From positions 132,618,001 to 132,682,000 of the forward strand of contig OZ024743.1 of assembly GCA_964016885.1 (NCBI GenBank): DNA of 64,000 nucleotides, given 5' to 3'. The notes under the pieces are model-generated. The model did no database searches, was not told where the DNA came from, and was given only the letters and a program-made list of their open reading frames with translations. Positions 58,201 to 64,000 of the stretch are shown here, piece after piece (within the stretch, counting starts at the first letter, position 1; the number at the start of each line of letters is the position of its first letter). The DNA is from Eledone cirrhosa. Taxonomy: Eukaryota. A program made the translations under genes and the position numbers.

Positions 58201-61200
58201 GTGCTTGGTGTTTGGTGTTTGGTGTTTGGTGCTTGGTGCTTGGTATTTGGTGTTTACTGTTTGCTGTTTGGTGTTTGTTGTTTGGTGTTTGTTGTTTGGT
58301 GTTTGCTGTTTGCTGTTTGCTGCTTGGTGTTTGGTGCTTGGTGCTTGATGCTTGGTGTTTTGTGTTTGGTGCTTGGTGCTTGGTGTTTGGTGCTTGGTGC
58401 TTGGTTCTAGGTGTTTGTACTTAGTGCTTGGTGTTTGGTGCTTGGTGCTTGGTGCTTGGTGTTTGGTGTTTGGTGCTTGGTTCTTGGTGCTTGGAGTTTG
58501 GTGTTTGGTGATTGTTGCTTGGTGTTTGGTGCTTGGTGCTTTGTGCTTGGTGTTTGGTGTTTGCTGCTTGGTGTTTGGTGCTTGGTGCTTGGTGCTTGGT
58601 GTTTTGAGTTTGGTGCTTGGTGCTTGGTGTTTGGTGCTTGGTGCTTGGTGCTTGGTGTTTGTACTTGGTGCTTGGTGCTTGGTGTTTGGTTCTTGGTTCT
58701 TGGTGTTTGGTACTTGGTGCTTGGTGCTTGGTGCTTGGTGTTTGGTGCTTGGTGTTTGGTGCTTGTTGCTTGGTGTTTGGTGCTTGGTGTTTGGTGTTTG
58801 GTGCTTGGTGCTTGGTGTTTGGTGTTTGGTGTTTGCTGTTTGCTGTTTGGTGTTTGGTGTTTGCTGTTTGCTGTTTGGTGTCTGCTTTTTGGTGTTTGGT
58901 GTTTGCTGTATGGTGTTTGCTGTTTTGGTGTTTGGTGTTTGCTGTATGGTGTTTGGTCTTTGGTGCTTGGTGTTTGGTGCTTGGTGCTTGGTGTTTGGTG
59001 TTTGGTGCTTGGTGTTTGGTGTTTGGTGTTTGGTGCTTGGTGCTTGGTGCTTGGTGTTTGGTGTTTGGTGTTTGGTGCTTGGTGTCTGGTGCTTGGTGCT
59101 TGGTGTTTGGTGCTTGGTGTTTGGTGTTTGGTGTTTGGTGCTTGGTGCTTGGTGTTTGGTGTTTGGTGCTTGGTGTTTGGTGTTTGGTGCTTGTTGCTTG
59201 GTGCTTGGTGCTTGGTGTTTGGTGCTTGGTGCTTGGTGTTTGGTGCTGGGTGCTGGGTGCTTGGTGTTTGGTGCTTGGTGCTTGGTGCTTGGTGTTTGGT
59301 GCTTGGTGCTTGGTGCTTGGTCTTTGGTGCTTGGTGTTTGCTGTTTGGTGCTTGGTGCTTGGTGCTTCGTGTTTGGTGCTTGGTGATTAGTGTTTGGTGC
59401 TTGGTTCTTGGGGTTTGGTGTTTGGTGCTTGGTGCTTGGTGTTTGGTGCTTGGTACTTGGTGTTTGGTGCTTGGTGTTTGGTGTTTGCTGTTTGGTGTTT
59501 GGTGTTTGGTGTTTGGTGTTTGCTGTTTGGTGTCTGCTTTTTGGAGTTTGGTGTTTGCTGTATGGTGTTTGCTGTTTCGTGTTTAGTGTTTGCTGTTTGG
59601 TGTTTGGTGCTTGGTGCTTGGTATTTGGTGGTTGGTGCTTGGTACTGGGTGGTTGGTGTTTGGTGCTTGGTGTTTGGTGCTGGGTGCTTGGTGTTTGGTG
59701 CTTGGTGCTTGGTGTTTGGTGCTTGGTGTTTGGTGTTTGGTGCTTGGTGCTTGGTGTTTGGTGCTTGGTGCCTGGTGTTTGGTGCTTGGTGCTTAGTGTT
59801 TGGTGCTAGATGCTTGGGGTTTGGTGTTTGGTGCTTGGTGTTTGGTGCTTGTTGCTTGGTGTTTGGTGTTTGGTGTTTGGTGCTTGGTGCTTGGTATTTG
59901 GTGTTTGATGTTTGCTGTTTGGTGTTTGTTGTTTGGTGTTTGTTGTTTGGTGTTTGCTGTTTGGTGTTTGGTGTTTGGTGTTTGCTGTTTGGTGTCTGCT
60001 TTTTGGTGTTTGGTGTTTGCTGTATGTTGTTTGCTGTTTGGTGTTTGGTGTTTGGTATTTGGTGTTTGGTGCTTGGTGCTTGGTGTTTGGTGCTTGGATC
60101 TTGGTGTTTGGTGCCTGGTGCTTGGTGCTTGGTGTTTGGTGTTTGGTGCTTGGTGCTTGGTGCTTGGAGTTTGGTGTTTGGTGCTTGTTGCTTGGTGTTT
60201 TGTGTTTGGTGTTTGGTTTTTGGTGCTTGGTGCTTGGTGCTTGGTCCTTGGTGTTTGGTGCTGGGTGCTTTGTGTTTGGTGCTTGGTGCTTCGTGCTTGG
60301 TGTTTGGTCTTTGCTGCTTGGTGTTTGGTGCTTGGTGCTTGGTGCTTGGTGTTTTGAGTTTGGTGCTTGGTGCTTGGTGTTTGGTGCTTGGTGCTTGGTG
60401 CTTGGTGTTTGGTGTTTGGTGCTTGGTGTTTGGTGCTTGTTGCTTGGTGTTTGGTGCTTGGTGCTTGGTGTTTGGTGTTTGGTGTTTGCTGTTTGCTGTT
60501 TGGTGTTTGGTGTTTGCTGTTTGCTGTTTGGTGTCTGCTTTTTGGTGTTTGGTGCTTGGTGTTTGGTTCTTAGTTCTTGGTGTTTGGTACTTGGTGCTTG
60601 GTGCTTGGTGTTTGGTGTTTGGTGCTTGGTGTTTGGTGCTTGTTGCTTGGTGTTTGGTGCTTGGTGCTTGGTGTTTGGTGTTTGGTGCTTGCTGCTGGCT
60701 GCTTGGTGCTTGGTGATTGGTGCTTGGTGTTTGGTGCTTGGTGTTTGGTGTTTGGTGCTAGGTGCTTGGTGCTTGGTGTTTGGTGCTTGGTGCTTGGTGT
60801 TTGGTGTTTGGTGTTTGGTGCTTGGTGCTTGGTGTTTGGTGCTTGGTGCTTGGTGCTGGGTGGTTGGTGTTTGGTGCTTGGTGTTTGGTGCTGGGTGCTT
60901 GGTGTTTGGTGCTTGGTGCTTGGTGTTTGGTGCTTGGTGTTTGGTGTTTGGTTCTTGGTGCTTGGTGTTTGGTGGTTGGTGCTTGGTGTTTGGTGCTTGG
61001 TGCTTAGTGTTTGGTGCTAGGTGCTTGGGGTTTGGTGTTTGGTGCTTGGTGTTTGGTGCTTGGTGCTTGGTGTTTGGTGTTTGGTGTTTGGTGCTTGGTG
61101 CTTGGTATTTGGTGTTTGCTGTTTGCTGTTTGGTGTTTGTTGTTTGGTGTTTGTTGTTTGGTGTTTGCTGTTTTGTGTTTGCTGTTTGGTGTTTGGTGCT

Positions 61201-63450
61201 TGGTGCTTGATGCTTGGTGTTTTGTGTTTGGTGCTTGGTGTTTGGTGCTTGGTGCTTGGTGCTAGGTGTTTGTACTTGGTGCTTGGTGTTTGGTGCTTGG
61301 TGCTTGGTGCTTGGTGTTTGGTGTCTGGTGCTTGGTTCTTGGTGCTTGGAGTTTGGTGTTTGGTGCATGTTGCTTGGTGTTTGGTGCTTGGTGCTTTGTG
61401 CTTGGTGTTTGGTGTTTGCTGCTTGGTGTTTGGTGCTTGGTGCTTGGTGCTTGGTGTTTTGAGTTTGGTGCTTGGTGCTTGGTGTTTGGTTGGTGCTTGG
61501 TGCTTGGTGCTTGGTGTTTGTACTTGGTGCTTGGTGCTTGGTGTTTGGTTCTTGGTTCTTGGTGTTTGGTACTTGGTGCTTGGTGCTTGGTGCTTGGTGT
61601 TTGGTGCTTGGTGTTTGGTGCTTGTTGCTTGGTGTTTGGTGCTTGGTGTTTGGTGTTTGGTGCTTGGTGCTTGGTGTTTGGTGTTTGGTGTTTGCTGTTT
61701 GCTGTTTGGTGTTTGGTGTTTGCTGTTTGCTGTTTGGTGTCTGCTTTTTGGTGTTTGGTGTTTGCTGTATGGTGTTTGCTGTTTTGGTGTTTGGTGTTTG
61801 CTGTTTGGTGTTTGGTCTGTGGTGCTTGGTGTTTGGTGCTTGGTGCTTGGTGTTTGATGTTTGGTGCTTGGTGTTTGGTGTTTGGTGTTTGGTGCTTGGT
61901 GCTTGGTGCTTGGTGTTTGGCGTTTGGTGTTTGGTGCTTGGTGTCTGGTGCTTGGTGCTTGGTGTTTGGTGCTTGGTGTTTGGTGTTTGGTGTTTGGTGC
62001 TTGGTGCTTGGTGTTTGGTGTTTGGTGCTTGGTGTTTGGTGTTTGGTGCTTGTTGCTTGGTGCTTGGTGCTTGGCGTTTGGTGCTTGGTGCTTGGTGTTT
62101 GGTGCTGGGTGCTGGGTGCTTGGTGTTTGGTGCTTGGTGCTTGGTGCTTGGTGTTTGTTGCTTGGTGCTTGGTGCTTGGTCTTTGGTGCTTGGTGTTTGC
62201 TGTTTGGTGCTTGGTGCTTGGTGCTTCGTGTTTGGTGCTTGGTGATTAGTGTTTGGTGCTTGGTGCTTGGGGTTTGGTGTTTGGTGCTTGGTGCTTGGTG
62301 TTTGGTGCTTGGTACTTGGTGTTTGGTGCTTGGTGTTTGGTGTTTGCTGTTTGGTGTTTGGTGTTTGGTGTTTGGTGTTTGCTGTTTGGTGTCTGCTTTT
62401 TGGTGTTTGGTGTTTGCTGTATGGTGTTTGCTGTTTCGTGTTTAGTGTTTGCTGTTTGGTGTTTGGTGCTTGGTGCCTGGTGTTTGGTGCTTGGTGCTTG
62501 GTGCTGGGTGGTTGGTGTTTGGTGCTTGGTGTTTGGTGCTGGGTGCTTGGTGTTTGGTGCTTGGTGCTTGGTGTTTGGTGCTTGGTGTTTGGTGTTTGGA
62601 GCTTGGTGCTTGGTGTTTGGTGCTTGGTGCCTGGTGTTTGGTGCTTGGTGCTTAGTGTTTGGTGCTAGATGCTTGGGGTTTGGTGTTTGGTGCTTGGTGT
62701 TTGGTGCTTGTTGCTTGGTGTTTGGTGTTTGGTGTTTGGTGCTTGGTGCTTGGTATTTGGTGTTTGATGTTTGCTGTTTGGTGTTTGGTGTTTGGTGTTT
62801 GCTGTTTGGTGTCTGCTTTTTGGTGTTTGGTGTTTGCTGTATGTTGTTTGCTGTTTGGTGTTTGGTGTTTGGTATTTGGTGTTTGGTGCTTGGTGCTTGG
62901 TGTTTGGTGCTTGGATCTTGGTGTTTGGTGCCTGGTGCTTGGAGTTTGGTGTTTGGTGCTTGTTGCTTGGTGTTTTGTGTTTGGTGTTTGGTTTTTGGTG
63001 CTTGGTGCTTGGTGCTTGGTCCTTGGTGTTTGATGCTGGGTGCTTTGTGTTTGGTGCTTGGTGCTTCGTGCTTGGTGTTTGGTCTTTGCTGCTTGGTGTT
63101 TGGTGCTTGGTGCTTGGTGCTTGGTGTTTTGAGTTTGGTGCTTGGTGCTTGGTGTTTGGTGCTTGGTGCTTGGTGCTTGGTGTTTGTACTTGGTGCTTGG
63201 TGCTTGGTGTTTGGTTCTTGGTTCTTGGTGTTTGGTACTTGGTGCTTGGTGCTTGGTGCTTGGTGTTTGGTGCTTGGTGTTTGGTGCTTGTTGCTTGGTG
63301 TTTGGTGCTTGGTGTTTGGTGTTTGGTGCTTGGTGCTTGGTGTTTGGTGTTTGGTGTTTGCTGTTTGCTGTTTGGTGTTTGGTGTTTGCTGTTTGCTGTT
63401 TGGTGTCTGCTTTTTGGTGTTTGGTGTTTGTTGTTTGGTGTTTGGTCTTT
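57810..63450 (+). repeat. ~2.86 kb older, more diverged tandem duplication (a related copy lies at ~53.5-55.3 kb)
   Basis: ORF pairs 58352/61214 (offset 2862), 59390/62249 and 59800/62659 (2859). GGATC occurs at 60096 and 62913 (2817). The copies differ by many substitutions and whole-unit indels. Confidence 0.8.
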
Positions 63451-64000
63451 GGTGCTTGGTGTTTGGTGCTTGGTGCTTGGTGTTTGGTGTTTGGTGTTTG
63501 GTGCTTGGTGTTTGGTGTTTGGTGTTTGGTGCTTGGTGCTTGGTGCTTGGTGTTTGGTGTTTGGTGCTTGGTGTCTGGTGCTTGGTGTTTGGTGTTTGGT
63601 GCTTGGTGTTTGGTGTTTGGTGTTTGGTGCTTGGTGCTTGGTGCTTGGTGTTTGGTGCTTGGTGTTTGGTGTTTGGTCCTTGTTGCTTGGTGCTTGGTGC
63701 TTGGTGTTTGGTGCTTGATGCTTGGTGTTTGGTGCTGGGTGCTGGGTGCTTGGTGTTTGGTGCTTGGTGCTTGGTGCTTGGTGTTTGGTGCTTGGTGCTT
63801 GGTGCTTGGTCTTTGGTGCTTGGTGTTTGGTGTTTGGTGCTTGGTGCTTGGTGCTTGGTGATTGGTGCTTGGTGATTAGTGTTTGGTACTTGGTGCTTGG
63901 GGTTTGGTGTTTGGTGCTTGGCGCTTGGTGTTTGGTGCTTGGTACTTGGTGTTTGGTGCTTGGTGTTTGGTGTTTGCTGTTTGGTGTTTGGTGTTTGGTG

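Larger units (their letters stand above)
1..64000 (+). repeat. Heptamer tandem satellite array (TTGGTGC/TTGGTGT)n, G/T-rich strand on +, continuing beyond both window edges
   Basis: Every line parses into TTGGTGY units or their single-substitution variants (TAGGTGY, TTAGTGY, TTGATGC, TTGGTAC, TTGGTTC, TTGGTCT, TTGGAGC, TTGGGGY, TTCGTGT, TTGCTGT, TTGTTGC, TGGGTGY, TTGGTGA). All three + frames translate to WCLV(L/F)G(A/V) and all - frames to KHQ(A/T)P(S/N)T, as expected for a 7-bp period. No inversion or non-repeat insertion was seen. Confidence 0.99.

Noticed and set aside
2-63875. Hundreds of + strand ORFs encoding Trp/Cys-rich hydrophobic 'membrane proteins'
   Set aside because: The same heptapeptide appears in all three overlapping frames. 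Starts and stops coincide with satellite variant units, and there is no unique domain or frame preference.
1-64000. CRISPR-like array with the GTCTGCTTTTT...GCTGTATG box as the repeat
   Set aside because: The intervening sequence is the same satellite, hundreds to thousands of bp long and not unique. There are no cas genes or leader.
1-64000. Product of a reverse transcriptase or rolling-circle concatemer, or a sequencing artefact
   Set aside because: Nested duplications of different ages with inherited point variants imply long genomic evolution, not one-pass synthesis or random error. No enzyme gene is present. Exact copy numbers could still be mis-assembled.
1-64000. G-quadruplex-forming array
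   Set aside because: The consensus has only GG doublets with 5-nt loops, giving at best weak two-tier structures. GGG and GGGG runs are isolated variants and do not cluster in fours.

Overview
The whole 64 kb window is one uninterrupted, single-orientation heptamer satellite, (TTGGTGY)n on the + strand and (RCACCAA)n on the - strand. That is roughly 9,100 units (64000/7), and the array runs off both window edges. Position 7 is a C/T mixture, and scattered single-base variant units act as landmarks. I found no genes, RNA genes, transposons, CRISPR arrays or unique sequence. Every ORF in the track is a by-product of a consensus with no stop codon in any of the six frames. The real information is architectural. 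First, variant units recur in a conserved order, suggesting a degenerate ancestral higher-order repeat. Second, head-to-tail duplications are nested from about 0.1 to 12.9 kb. Third, length differences between copies are nearly always multiples of 7. Fourth, the array is layered: diagnostic variants shared by 1-16 kb and 52-64 kb were not seen in the near-identical, apparently younger copies between them. This looks like eukaryotic heterochromatic satellite (centromeric, pericentromeric or subtelomeric), but the organism cannot be identified from the sequence. Offsets come from matching landmarks and ORF-track coordinates by eye, so segment boundaries are approximate.
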